Notes: generated by a model from the letters alone, not told the origin. A stretch of DNA of 64,000 nt from an uncultured archaeon (GCA_938045545.1 CALIBN010000002.1:1-64000); one strand, 5' to 3'. Shown: positions 1-10,035, counted from the stretch's first letter. Translations and numbers: made by a program.

Positions 1-1
1 A

Positions 2-196
2 TCTACTTTTGAAGCAGCAGGAGGCAGCACTGAATTCCACGTTTACTACGGGTTCCTCGGCGAAAATATGCATTTCATACGATGCATGATGGAGGACAGG
101 GAGCCTGAAACCTGTTTTAGAGATGCTGTTAAAACGATGGAGCTTATTGAAAAGATATATGAGAATACTCTTCGCGGACAACGAGTTTCTGGCTAA
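2..196 (+). CDS. C-terminal end of a Gfo/Idh/MocA-family oxidoreductase (truncated by window edge)
   Basis: Frame 2 is open from the edge to TAA at 194-196: ...YGFLGENMHFIRCMMEDREPETCFRDAVKTMELIEKIY..., typical of the GFO C-terminal helices. Confidence 0.6.
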   Translation, partial: STFEAAGGSTEFHVYYGFLGENMHFIRCMMEDREPETCFRDAVKTMELIEKIYENTLRGQRVSG

Positions 197-2316
197 GAAG
201 CTGGCGAATAGGGCTCTAAAACAATAACCTCGTATTCTTTTAGAAGTGGCAGTTTGAAAGCTACACCCTCCTCTGTCTCCTCTAAATTCAGCTCCATGTT
301 TAGTCGTAAGGCCTTAGCATGCCGTAGAGCTTTAAACCCATGTAAGCTTATAGTTAGGTCCCTAATGGGCACTATTGATTCTATTGGCCGAGTCATCTCA
401 CCGGTGAAATTAACTAGATGAACCAGAATCCTCCGTTTATCTGGCTGATGCCTTAGCGTGATTTCAACGCTTTGAGGACAATTATCCAGCGTTACTAAAG
501 TTCTGGCCATCAGGCGGACAGAGTTGACGATGATCACCCTATAGTCAGGATTATGATAGGAATTGTAGTGTTCGAAAAAATTTCCCGCGATGTAAAGGCA
601 ACTTCCTTTCCCATAGCTATTCATCAGAATCGCCGGCTTCCCAGATAATGGTGGGAGCTTCACGTACCGTGCAGGCATCTTCTCGTGGTACATCATTATA
701 ACCCTAGAAGTTGTTGGAATTACCTCCATCCCATATGTTGGGCACGGAAGCAGTCTCGCGCTCAGGCCGTCTATAGCTGGATGACCACTAACGACCGACA
801 TGTAGTCTAGCTTCATAGGGCCAAAAACCCCTTTGCCCGCCTTGACGCCGAAAACCTCGACCAACCCGGGTTCCCTAAGCAGGACTCCGTATTCATCGTA
901 CCTAGAGGTTTCAAAGCTGGCGATGAGATTGCCCCCGTTCCTCACGTAGTCTTTAATCGTCTCAACATTGTTTTCAGAGATGCAGGCACAGTTGGGAGCA
1001 ATTATCAGATCGTAATTACGTAGAACCTCAGGCCTTAAAGATTCCTCGTCAATAATATTGAACGGTATGTGTGACCTTACAAGTAGCTCGTAGCATCCCA
1101 GGAATTCGGCGTGAAAGTCTCCAGCAGCCACCTGTTTTTCAATTTTCCCCCCTTGAGGAGTAAAATCGGTAACAGGGATGCTTGACCTATAAAAGTCGGC
1201 TGTCCTAGTGGACCAGAAAAGCCCAACCTTAGCAACTGGCACTGCTCCCTCTAAAAATTCTGAGTTACTCAGTATGAAGCGGTTCATTTCCGCAGCTGCC
1301 AGAGCACCGGGCCTGTCGATTGAGCTCAAAGACACTCCATACCACGGGTTAGCACCGTTGGCAACAGTGTCTGCGTAAAGCAATCTCGTTTCAACCGGGG
1401 TTAAAAGATATTCATCCCATCCCTTATTGGCACCTGCTATGAAGACCACGATTGGTTTTCCATTCGACTGCGTCTCGAGGAGCTTAGCGGTCATTCCAGG
1501 TTTCCAAAGTGGCTCAGACCTTAGATCATAGTATAGGAAACCTCCTTCAGCCCCCAGAATATCCTGATGTGGCACTAGTCGCCTATTATCTCTGGCTGCC
1601 GGCCATGCCGGCCATAGGCCAGTTGAATTCATGTAGATTACCGCGTCTTGTTTAACTCTCTTTAGAGCTCTCTCAGCATCCCTAAGGTACTCAGCAACAC
1701 TGTCGTATCGGAACTCTATGAACCTACTCCAAGCAGGGTCCTCCCAATCTTCCCTCCTGGGCAGGTCTAACCCATGTTTTCGCCTAAACTTGTCCTGACA
1801 GCTCTCACAATAGCATGCGCCAGGGATGAAAATCGGCCCATCTAAGAATATTCCGTCGATATCGTAAGAAGCCAGGTCTTCAATTCCTTGGAGAGACCAT
1901 TCTCTCCAAGGCGAGTTTACGCACGGGACGTTCCCAGAACCATACAAGTCATCAATTATCTTACCCTGTGCATCTACTTGAAGCCAATCCGGATGATCCT
2001 TTCCGAACTCGAGGTTTAACCAGTGCACATTGTAATAAATCAAGACTCGGATGCCTCTTTTATGAGCTTCCGGCAAGTATTCGCTTAAGAGGTCTCTAGG
2101 CATGCTTTTTGCTATTCTAGTCTTAAAGTAGAAGATACCCTTCTCCCCTCCCCAAAAATCACTGCAACCCAGATGCTCAGTGTTGAAACCCAGTTTACTT
2201 TTAGCTTCTGCAAGCTCAGATGGATTTATTTTAAGAACTTCTTCAGCAGAGGGCAATGTGAAATCAGCAATGGTCAGCGGTTTACGCCACCATTGTTTCT
2301 CAGCCATGTTTCTCAA
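193..2316 (-). CDS. Putative glycoside hydrolase (GHL6/GH42-like TIM barrel plus beta-galactosidase trimerisation domain)
   Basis: 707 aa; HPDWLQ, CVNSPWRE, DGIFLDG, CYCESC motifs; C-terminal GATase-like segment (YDLIIAPN...GGNLIASFETS); no signal peptide. Confidence 0.75.
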   Translation of the reverse strand: MRNMAEKQWWRKPLTIADFTLPSAEEVLKINPSELAEAKSKLGFNTEHLGCSDFWGGEKGIFYFKTRIAKSMPRDLLSEYLPEAHKRGIRVLIYYNVHWLNLEFGKDHPDWLQVDAQGKIIDDLYGSGNVPCVNSPWREWSLQGIEDLASYDIDGIFLDGPIFIPGACYCESCQDKFRRKHGLDLPRREDWEDPAWSRFIEFRYDSVAEYLRDAERALKRVKQDAVIYMNSTGLWPAWPAARDNRRLVPHQDILGAEGGFLYYDLRSEPLWKPGMTAKLLETQSNGKPIVVFIAGANKGWDEYLLTPVETRLLYADTVANGANPWYGVSLSSIDRPGALAAAEMNRFILSNSEFLEGAVPVAKVGLFWSTRTADFYRSSIPVTDFTPQGGKIEKQVAAGDFHAEFLGCYELLVRSHIPFNIIDEESLRPEVLRNYDLIIAPNCACISENNVETIKDYVRNGGNLIASFETSRYDEYGVLLREPGLVEVFGVKAGKGVFGPMKLDYMSVVSGHPAIDGLSARLLPCPTYGMEVIPTTSRVIMMYHEKMPARYVKLPPLSGKPAILMNSYGKGSCLYIAGNFFEHYNSYHNPDYRVIIVNSVRLMARTLVTLDNCPQSVEITLRHQPDKRRILVHLVNFTGEMTRPIESIVPIRDLTISLHGFKALRHAKALRLNMELNLEETEEGVAFKLPLLKEYEVIVLEPYSPAS

Positions 2317-2367
2317 GAGGTGTCTGAAATATTAAACTTTTTTGAGTAGGTAAGAAGCTTTAGGCCA

Positions 2368-3543
2368 GTGAATATGGTGTTTACAAAACCTTTATATGTA
2401 AACCGGCATGCTGCGACAGGGATGCTGCCCGCTGAAAGACTTGACGCTGCATTTGAGGGTAAAGATTCTGACGCGATGCCCTGGTTCGCCGACCTAACTT
2501 ATTGGTGTCATGCGCACGAAGAGATGGGAACCCTACCACAAAAATACAAGGGGGAGAATAGGATAAACCTTTACATGGAAATGGGGTGTGGTGCACATGA
2601 GGAGCTATATCGCCCCGTTTTCAGAATAACGCATAAACAGGTGAAAATCCATACTTATGAAGAAAGAAGCTCCGATGGCAGCTTTGTTAGACGCGAGGTT
2701 TTCGTAACGCCGATTGGAGATTTGAAGTGCATAAGGAGGTATTCGGCAAAGTCCCACAGCTCTGCTATAATAGAGCATCCGGTTAAAACCGCGAGCGACC
2801 TTAAGGTACTCAGGTTCATAGTGAAAGACCAAGTTGTGAAGAAGGATCTGGAGATGTATGAATGGCAGCAACGTATGATGCGGAAATGGGATGGATGGGG
2901 GATTGTGAGTTCTCTCCCGCCCAGGACTCCTTTGATGAGAATGATAGTGGAGTTGGCTGGTTTTTCAAACACTGTGAAACTCCAGTGGATGCACAGGGAA
3001 GAGTTCGACGAGACCATTCAAGCGATGTGCGAGGCAGACGACCCTATTTACGAGACAGTTTTAGAAGCACCCGCCAAGTATGTTTACTTTGGGGAGAACC
3101 TGTCCAGCGACATGGTTAGCCCACGTCTCTTTAAGACATATCTTGAACCATATTACAAGAAGCGTGCTCTCGAACTCCACGCTAAAGGGAAAAAGATTTA
3201 CCTCCATATTGACGGTGGCCTCAGGGGATTGCTGCCATTGATTGCTCAAACAGGTGTTGACTGCGCGCAATCGCTGACGCCGGCTCCCGTAGGGGACGTT
3301 GACGTTAAGGATTTCAGGAAAATTGCTGGCGGAAACATTGTTTTATGGGGGGGCTTGCCGGGGGTTTTATTCAGCAAGGAATATCCTGTCGAAATGCTGA
3401 AGCAAGTGCTTGACGACATAATAGAGACTTATTTAAGTGACCGCGGGTTTATCATAGGGGTTGCCGACCAGGTTCCTCCGGACGGCGATATCCAAAGAGT
3501 GAAAATGGTCAGCGAAACTGTGGAGACTAGGGGTAGAAGATGA
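2368..3543 (+). CDS. Uroporphyrinogen decarboxylase / MtaA-CmuA-like family protein
   Basis: MVSPRLFKTYLEPYYK, LHIDG, LWGGLP, GVADQVPP motifs; the real start is probably ATG 2422, downstream of a TATA-like AAAACCTTTATAT. Confidence 0.75.
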   Translation: MNMVFTKPLYVNRHAATGMLPAERLDAAFEGKDSDAMPWFADLTYWCHAHEEMGTLPQKYKGENRINLYMEMGCGAHEELYRPVFRITHKQVKIHTYEERSSDGSFVRREVFVTPIGDLKCIRRYSAKSHSSAIIEHPVKTASDLKVLRFIVKDQVVKKDLEMYEWQQRMMRKWDGWGIVSSLPPRTPLMRMIVELAGFSNTVKLQWMHREEFDETIQAMCEADDPIYETVLEAPAKYVYFGENLSSDMVSPRLFKTYLEPYYKKRALELHAKGKKIYLHIDGGLRGLLPLIAQTGVDCAQSLTPAPVGDVDVKDFRKIAGGNIVLWGGLPGVLFSKEYPVEMLKQVLDDIIETYLSDRGFIIGVADQVPPDGDIQRVKMVSETVETRGRR

Positions 3544-3594
3544 TTGAAACCCATAGCCTTATAAATAAGCTTAACACGGTTTCGACGATGCGTC

Positions 3595-4650
3595 TTGGTA
3601 GAGATGATAGATGCTCCTCAGATTACCGAGAATTTCATAAGAAAGCTCTATGAAAGGACTAAACCGGCACTGTCCTTCAAAGCTACTTCTGAGGATGAGT
3701 TTTTCAAGTGGAGGGAGGAACTTAAGAACAAGATCAGGGAACTCCTAGGGGATTTCCCCGAGCCCGCCGACCTAAGCCCGCGTCTGCTCTCCCGTGAGGA
3801 AACGGAGAACTACGTCAGGGAGAAGTGGATCATACAGTCCGAGAAGGACTGCTGGGTACCCCTCTACCTCCTGATCCCGAAGAAGGCTGGAAAGCTTCCC
3901 GCAATCCTTTGCGCCCACGGCCATGGCACCTACGGCAAGGATTCAGTAGCAGGTGTTCATTTCAACGACCTGGATAGGAAGGCGGAGATCGCGAGGCTAA
4001 ACTATAATTACGCCGAGCAAATGGCCATTGCTGGCTTCGTTACGGTCGCTCCGGACTGGCGGAGCTTCGGCGAAAGGATAGGCTACCGCAATCCCTATCC
4101 TGGGAGGGACATATGCAACGTTCATTTCCTTCAACACTTGATCCTTGGGAGGACGCTTCTGGGAAGCAATATTTTCGACGGCATGCGGGTTATAGACTTC
4201 CTAACGACGCTCGAGTATGTAGACTCAAGCAGAATAGGTTGCATGGGGCTTTCCTTCGGAGGAACGATGACAACCTACTTGGCACTGCTCGACGACAGGA
4301 TTAAAGCAGCAGACATAATATGTTATGCCACAACCACTGAGCATTACGCGATATCCCGGCCAAACTTCTGCGGGTCTCAGCTAGTCCCTTATCTATACAA
4401 GTATGCAGACGTGCCTGATGTCATAGCTGCGATAGCTCCTAAACCCCTTTTAATAGAGAGCGGTGCATCAGACACTTGTTTCTGGATACACTCAGCCTTG
4501 AAGGCACATGACGTAATACGGAGGGCATACCAGGTTGCCGGTAAGCCGGAAAACCTATGGATAGATATTTTCCCAGGGGAGCACAGCTTCTCCGGGAGAA
4601 TGGCCTTTAGATTCTTCGAAAAACACCTTAAAACTGGAAAAGGCGAATAA
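3595..4650 (+). CDS. Alpha/beta hydrolase (acetylxylan esterase / dienelactone hydrolase-like)
   Basis: CAHGHG, nucleophile elbow GLSFGG, IAPKPLLIESG..D, C-terminal GEH. Confidence 0.8.
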   Translation: MVEMIDAPQITENFIRKLYERTKPALSFKATSEDEFFKWREELKNKIRELLGDFPEPADLSPRLLSREETENYVREKWIIQSEKDCWVPLYLLIPKKAGKLPAILCAHGHGTYGKDSVAGVHFNDLDRKAEIARLNYNYAEQMAIAGFVTVAPDWRSFGERIGYRNPYPGRDICNVHFLQHLILGRTLLGSNIFDGMRVIDFLTTLEYVDSSRIGCMGLSFGGTMTTYLALLDDRIKAADIICYATTTEHYAISRPNFCGSQLVPYLYKYADVPDVIAAIAPKPLLIESGASDTCFWIHSALKAHDVIRRAYQVAGKPENLWIDIFPGEHSFSGRMAFRFFEKHLKTGKGE

Positions 4651-4786
4651 GCCATCAAAAACATTGGAAAACCCATATGCTTGGGATCGCAGGATAAACT
4701 TTAACATTTAATGATGCGGATAATGCGAAAATGCTATGGGTAAAGCAAAATAGTTTCTTTTCACGCCATTCCTCAGCGTGGTCCAG

Positions 4787-4960
4787 ATGAATGTCTTTGA
4801 AGCAATAAGGATAAGGCTTAGATACGTGTCTATGAAGATAGGCCTGTTTAACAAGAAAAAACTTGAAGGAATCGTGGAGGCCGCTAGGCTGGTGCCATCC
4901 GCTGGAAACAGGCAGCCATGGCGTTTTATCGTAGTTCCCGGAGCGCGGAGGAGATTGTGA
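4787..4960 (+). pseudogene. Nitroreductase N-terminal relic
   Basis: MNVFEAIR...EAARLVPSAGNRQPWRFIVV then a stop; a middle segment (IRVYEDRPV) is in another frame; similar to the intact gene at 13067-13582. Confidence 0.75.
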
Positions 4961-5003
4961 GATACAACCATTGGCGAAAAAGCGTTAAAACATAACCTTT
5001 GGT

Positions 5004-6014
5004 TTAAAGAATTAGGCTTAGGACCTCTGTGGATTTTAAAACCTCTTCGCCCTGGAGATTCATTATCGAGTCGACGTTCTCCCTAGTAACGTTTGTCGTT
5101 GTCCCGACGCCTGTTACGCATGCAGCACCGGCAGCCTGTCCTGACATTAAGAGCCTCTTTAAATGTTCAAGAGGGATTTCGGAAGGGTCTTTAAGTTCCC
5201 CGTGCTTTAGTAAAGCGAATAAGATTCCTGCGCTGAACGCGTCACCTGCCCCAGTCGGGTCGATCACTTCAACTTTAAACCCTTTTTGCCTCATGTATTT
5301 CCCATTTTTCAAAACAGCTAGCGCACCCTTTTCGCCAAGGGTTACGAACGTTATGCCATTAACCCTTTCACTCGCCGCCCTCATTGCTAATGCTAAGCTA
5401 TCCGTCTTGAATATGTTCTTCAGCTCTATGTCGTTGCAGTGGAAAAAGTCTGCGTAATCTAAATGCTCAACTATATAATCCCATTTTCTTCCATAAGGCT
5501 CCACCATGTCTACGAACGTTAAGCTTCCAGTCTTCTTAGCGGTTTCAAGAACCTCCCTGAGCTTCCCGTCGAACTCGCCGCACAGGCCTGATGCGGCGTA
5601 GAAAACCCTCGGTTTGACCTCAAGTATCTTCTTGGACACGAAACCTGGATCAAGATGCCAGCTTGCACCAAGGTCTAAGTGAAACCGCCTATCCTCCCCC
5701 TTCACAACAAGCGCAATGTTTTTTGTTGTTCCGACTTCAACGAGCTCAAGCAAGTGTGCGACAACCCCTTTTTCCTCCAAAACACTCCTTATGAAGGCCC
5801 CGAAAATATCTTTTCCGATTGCCCCAACTATGCCGACAGAACGCTTTTCAAGGCCAAGCTGGATCAAATCTATAGAAACATTACAGGGATGCCCTCCAAC
5901 TGTCAACTTAACGCTTTTCTTGGCAAACACTATATGCCCAGGATCGGCGATTTTAGGCAGTTCTGCCAGAATCATATCAGCCACGATGAACCCCGAGGTA
6001 AGGACCTTCATCAA
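5004..6014 (-). CDS. PfkB/ribokinase-family carbohydrate kinase
   Basis: GGHPCNVS, GAIGKDIFG, VTLGEKGA and signature DPTGAGDAF. Confidence 0.9.
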   Translation of the reverse strand: MMKVLTSGFIVADMILAELPKIADPGHIVFAKKSVKLTVGGHPCNVSIDLIQLGLEKRSVGIVGAIGKDIFGAFIRSVLEEKGVVAHLLELVEVGTTKNIALVVKGEDRRFHLDLGASWHLDPGFVSKKILEVKPRVFYAASGLCGEFDGKLREVLETAKKTGSLTFVDMVEPYGRKWDYIVEHLDYADFFHCNDIELKNIFKTDSLALAMRAASERVNGITFVTLGEKGALAVLKNGKYMRQKGFKVEVIDPTGAGDAFSAGILFALLKHGELKDPSEIPLEHLKRLLMSGQAAGAACVTGVGTTTNVTRENVDSIMNLQGEEVLKSTEVLSLIL

Positions 6015-6069
6015 GAAGGTTTATGGTTAAGAGTTTTTAATCTTTTCCAAAATTCCTAAGTATATGATT

Positions 6070-7137
6070 CTAAACCCATTCTCTAAGAGTAGTTTCCTTT
6101 CCAACAGACCTGTAGAAGCTCCTCATCCTTTCAATAAGCTTAGCAACCCTATCCTTAGAAAAACCTTTTTCAAAGTGGAGGAACTCCATCAACCTTACCT
6201 CATCAAGCCCCGCATATTTAACAGAATACCCTTTTCTAACATCCGGGTCCATGAATACCCTTCTAACTTCAGAGTAATTCTCCGGAACCTCGGGAAGAAT
6301 GTTTCTGGGGATTTCATCTATCCGTCCATATTTCTTAATAAGTTGCAGAGCTTTTTTAGGGCCAACCCCCCTAACACCCTGGTTGAAATCCGTCCCGACA
6401 AGTATAGCAATATCCACCAGCTGTTCCCTAGTAATCCCCAGTCTGCCTAAAGCTTCTTCAGCCTCTATGAGCTCAGGCTTCAAAACCTTTGAGTAACCCT
6501 TACTCGGTAAAAACTCCGTGCTACGTATAGCTAAGTTTCTAACAAGCCTCGGAGAACCATATAGGAGAGTATCATAGTCTCTTCCAGCAACAGCGTATGC
6601 ATCTCCCTTCTGAACTATGAATGCTGCTTGAGCTTCAGCGTCCGATGGTGCTTCGACAAATGGGAGACCCATTGCCGACAGAAGCATCTTTACGTCTTCA
6701 ACCATCGCACTGGTTAATCTTGTTGAGGAAACGGCCTTGGAGAAGGCTTCTGCAAGCCTACCCTCTTTTATCGCTCGCCTCCACTCGGCTAAAGCCTTCT
6801 CTCTCCTATGTCTCCTTTCATCAAGCTCTCTCAGCTTGAGCGGAATAGGCCTCCCGTCGAATACGAATATGAAACGCATGCCGTAGTCACACAGAAGCCT
6901 TGTAACCCTGAAGGCGAAACCTATTAGGTGGGACGTAACTTTGCCCGCAGTATCCGTGAAAAACGATCCGTCAGGCTTACGTATTAACGCGAGAAACTGG
7001 TAGAGCATCTGGTTAGCGTCGACCGCGAAGCTTTCTCCTCTGAAGTCTTCAAGGCGCATCGGCTTCCTGAGGATTATGGGTGTTAAATTAACCCCCATCT
7101 GGGCCTCGAACCACCTATTGTTAATATACCGTGACAT
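6070..7137 (-). CDS. fen: Flap endonuclease 1 (probable start MGVNLTP at 7098)
   Basis: MGV N-terminus, AVDANQMLYQFLALIR, TSHL, VFDG, APSDAEAQAA, DYD, GTDFN.GV.GVGPKKAL (H3TH); C-terminal PIP-like ETTLREWV. Confidence 0.92.
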   Translation of the reverse strand: MSRYINNRWFEAQMGVNLTPIILRKPMRLEDFRGESFAVDANQMLYQFLALIRKPDGSFFTDTAGKVTSHLIGFAFRVTRLLCDYGMRFIFVFDGRPIPLKLRELDERRHRREKALAEWRRAIKEGRLAEAFSKAVSSTRLTSAMVEDVKMLLSAMGLPFVEAPSDAEAQAAFIVQKGDAYAVAGRDYDTLLYGSPRLVRNLAIRSTEFLPSKGYSKVLKPELIEAEEALGRLGITREQLVDIAILVGTDFNQGVRGVGPKKALQLIKKYGRIDEIPRNILPEVPENYSEVRRVFMDPDVRKGYSVKYAGLDEVRLMEFLHFEKGFSKDRVAKLIERMRSFYRSVGKETTLREWV

Positions 7138-7272
7138 TTATGGTTTTCAAGCATATTTTTGAAGAATACAGTATTTTTCACTAAAACTTATAAACATAGC
7201 CTTGATAATTTAGCGGCGAGAAAACGAAGGAAAACAGATGGTTCAAGACAGTTTCAAACATTTTAAAGAAAC

Positions 7273-7534
7273 ATGCCTGGGCTGCTGGGCTTGCTCGGTG
7301 CTAGGTATGTTTTTAAACAATGGGTCGGGCTCTTGAATTAAGTTCAGCCAGTCTTGTCTTCACAAGATATGAGTTGAGCCTGGAGATGCGGGCCATGTAT
7401 TCCGAGGATTAAACTAATATGATAGTCTTAATGGGGATTGTGTCTGTAGTGATTACTGTGATTGTTACACTCTCATTGCATAGAAGAGAGAGAAGCTTCC
7501 TCCCACGCCTCCATCACCTCCCGCTTCCACGTAA
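7273..7534 (+). pseudogene. Relic of a membrane-anchored cell-surface protein
   Basis: Broken frames give MPGLLGLLGARYVFKQWVG, a hydrophobic helix MIVLMGIVSVVITVIVTLSLHRR and a tail KLPPTPPSPPAST*. Confidence 0.45.
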
Positions 7535-7616
7535 CACTGGATTTCCCATACTTTTTCCTATTATTTTAGGAGCATAAGGCTCAAAAGGTTAAATCGAGGC
7601 GCGCGAAGATATTCCG

Positions 7617-8213
7617 TTGACTGGAGAACATAAACTTGAAACCCCCATTGGAAAGGAAGAGGTCACTAGACTTAAGGCTGGAGACATTCTGTATATTAGC
7701 GGGGAAGTATTTACGAGTAGGGATAGGACTCAAAAATTAATATTGGAGAATAGGAATAGGCTGCCCTTTTCCCTTCATGGCCTCATCGAGTTTCACGCAG
7801 GTCCAATAGTCAGAAAGAAGGATTCTAAGTGGGAAATCGTTTCAATCGGTCCCACTACGAGTTTCAGAATGGAGAATAACGAATACGGGTTTATCAGGGA
7901 GACAGGGATTGCAGGCGTCATTGGAAAAGGCGGCATGGGAAATAGAACCGTGGAGGCATGCCGAGAATTCAAAGCCTTCTACGGAGTTCTACCCGGGGGA
8001 GCTGCAGCGCTGATTGCTAAAAGCGTTAAACGTATTATTGGAGTCTACTGGCTTGAAGAGCTTGGAGTCCCAGAGGCAATGTGGCATCTCGAGGTTAATG
8101 AGCTTGGGCCGATAACAATCGTAATAGATGCTTTTGGAAACGATCTGTACGAGGACCTTAGGAGAAGAGTAGGCGAAAACCTTTCGCGTGTTTTGAAAAG
8201 CATGGAGGAATAG
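7617..8213 (+). CDS. Class I fumarate hydratase / L-tartrate dehydratase, beta subunit
   Basis: TSRD, FHAGP, GPTTSFRME, IGKGG, ELGVPEAMW, IDAFGNDLY. Confidence 0.9.
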   Translation: MTGEHKLETPIGKEEVTRLKAGDILYISGEVFTSRDRTQKLILENRNRLPFSLHGLIEFHAGPIVRKKDSKWEIVSIGPTTSFRMENNEYGFIRETGIAGVIGKGGMGNRTVEACREFKAFYGVLPGGAAALIAKSVKRIIGVYWLEELGVPEAMWHLEVNELGPITIVIDAFGNDLYEDLRRRVGENLSRVLKSMEE

Positions 8214-8217
8214 AAAA

Positions 8218-9087
8218 ATGCATCCCGCTAAGCTTAAGGAATATGTTGTCGAAGCAATAAGGCTCTGTGAAACATCCCTGCCTTTGGATGTTAAAAACAG
8301 TTTGAAAGAAGCCTATGAGCGTGAAGAAAGAGAGATTCGGAAGAAAATACTGGGTGCCCTCTTGAAGAATGTTGAAACCGCTGAAAAAGAAGGCAGGCCC
8401 ATATGCCAAGATACTGGCACATTAACCTTTTATGTTAAGAGAGGAGGATGGAGGGAAAATGAACTGCAGAGAATAATTGTTGAGGCTGTTGTGGAGGCAA
8501 GTGGTAAAATACCTTTGAGGCCGAACACAATAGATTTCCCCTCCAGAAGAAATCTAGAAGACAACACAGGGAGATTCGTCCCATGGATTGTCTGGGAGCA
8601 AGGTGGAGAAGATTTGGAGATAACGGTAGTGGCTAAGGGCGGAGGATCCGAGGCTGTTTCAAGCCTAAAAGTTTTGCCGGCCACTGCTGGAAGAAAGGAG
8701 ATTTTTCAAACGGTTCTCGAGAGCGTTGCAGAAGCTGGAGCCAAACCATGTCCCCCGATAATCCTTGGAGTCGGAATCGGCCCATCTTCAGAAATGGCTC
8801 TCGAGCTGGCTAAGAGAGCTGTTTACTTAAGGCCCATTGGGGAGAGGCATATGAACGGCATTATTGCGAGGATGGAGGAGGACTTGCTGAGAATGGTTAA
8901 CGAGCTTGACATAGGTATCCACGGCTTCGGAGGTATATCGGCCTTAGATGTTCACATAGAATACGCTTCAATACACCCTTCATCCATGGTCGTTGGTGTT
9001 GTGGCAAGCTGCTGGGCTTTGAGAAGAATCGTGTTGAAAGTTTCTGGAGAAACTGTAGAAATTAAAAACCATAGTTCACAATTCTAA
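8218..9087 (+). CDS. Class I fumarate hydratase / L-tartrate dehydratase, alpha subunit (Fe-S)
   Basis: [35 protein letters not shown]; three Cys ligands. Confidence 0.9.
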   Translation: MHPAKLKEYVVEAIRLCETSLPLDVKNSLKEAYEREEREIRKKILGALLKNVETAEKEGRPICQDTGTLTFYVKRGGWRENELQRIIVEAVVEASGKIPLRPNTIDFPSRRNLEDNTGRFVPWIVWEQGGEDLEITVVAKGGGSEAVSSLKVLPATAGRKEIFQTVLESVAEAGAKPCPPIILGVGIGPSSEMALELAKRAVYLRPIGERHMNGIIARMEEDLLRMVNELDIGIHGFGGISALDVHIEYASIHPSSMVVGVVASCWALRRIVLKVSGETVEIKNHSSQF

Positions 9088-9097
9088 AACTGAAAAA

Positions 9098-9493
9098 TCA
9101 TTTGCAACTCGTTACTTCCATTCTCCTCGTACAGTAGTCTAAAGCGATCCTCATATTTTTTATTAGTTCTGTCCCTATGACTATTTCCTCAACCCCTTTT
9201 ACGGTTTCTATGAAGCCGCTGAACTGGTTTTTAAGACTCGGTATAACTACCTCGCCGAATGTCCCAACGGACTGTATAGAGAGGGCATTGGCAAGAACGA
9301 GTTGTCTTTGCTCCGTGGAAAACTGGTCAAAAGAAAGCCCTTTGAAAACAGTCTCCGGTATGAGTAAGAATCCTTCAAACCCTGTGTCAAGCACGGCGAT
9401 AACAGTGCCCTCGCTCGGAAAACTCTTGTTCATTACGGGATTCCTAATGATTATCTCCAGCACCGGAGTATCATCTAGAAAATAGGAATTCAT
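9098..9493 (-). CDS. Clan AA (retropepsin-like) aspartic protease
   Basis: 131 aa single domain; AVLDTGFEGFLLIP catalytic motif, LANA flap, IVIGTELI (IIGRD-like). Confidence 0.8.
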   Translation of the reverse strand: MNSYFLDDTPVLEIIIRNPVMNKSFPSEGTVIAVLDTGFEGFLLIPETVFKGLSFDQFSTEQRQLVLANALSIQSVGTFGEVVIPSLKNQFSGFIETVKGVEEIVIGTELIKNMRIALDYCTRRMEVTSCK

Positions 9494-9501
9494 CTTCCCG
9501 G

Positions 9502-9846
9502 CTATGTGTGGCTGAGGGTTGGTCTCATTCTATACCCGCCGCGGACCACTGGCTTAATCGGCTTCGTCGACACTATTCTCAGGCCCCGCGGTTCAATGCC
9601 TCTGCTTTTTAAAATCGACGCTAGCTCTTCTAGGGTACTGGCTTCCGCTACCACATTCCCCTCCCTAAGAGCTTTAAATACTGTTTTTTCGTAATCTGCG
9701 GATTTATCTAGGATCGCGAAATAATTCGTCAAAGCGTTTTCAATCACCTTTGACATTCCCCCTTTACTTGACCCGTATAAGCGTCTAACAATACTTCTAA
9801 GCTTCTTTTCAACATCGTCGTTAAGGGAGATCGTGATTGTGCCCAT
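9502..9846 (-). CDS. RHH/CopG DNA-binding domain fused to a small DUF5678-like domain
   Basis: MGTITISLNDDVEKKLR...KGGMSKVIENAL (RHH); C-terminal FKALREGNVVAEASTLEEL. Confidence 0.65.
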   Translation of the reverse strand: MGTITISLNDDVEKKLRSIVRRLYGSSKGGMSKVIENALTNYFAILDKSADYEKTVFKALREGNVVAEASTLEELASILKSRGIEPRGLRIVSTKPIKPVVRGGYRMRPTLSHT

Positions 9847-9851
9847 ATTAA

Positions 9852-9879
9852 TTTAATAGATATGTATGTCCTATTTAAA
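9852..9879 (-). promoter_or_regulatory. TATA box embedded in an imperfect inverted repeat upstream of the RHH gene
   Basis: TTTAATAG-atatgtatgtc-CTATTTAAA; the minus strand reads TTTAAATA about 26-33 nt before the ATG. Confidence 0.45.
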
Positions 9880-10035
9880 CATTATTTCAAATCTCTGATT
9901 TTCCACAAATGATGCAAAAACGAGCGTAAAAATAGACGAGCCACAGTATTTCACTGACATCTTAAAATAAGCAAAATCCTAATCCTTTAGTCTTCCGCTG
10001 AAAATGCTTTTATCAACTCTTTGTTTAAAAACATC

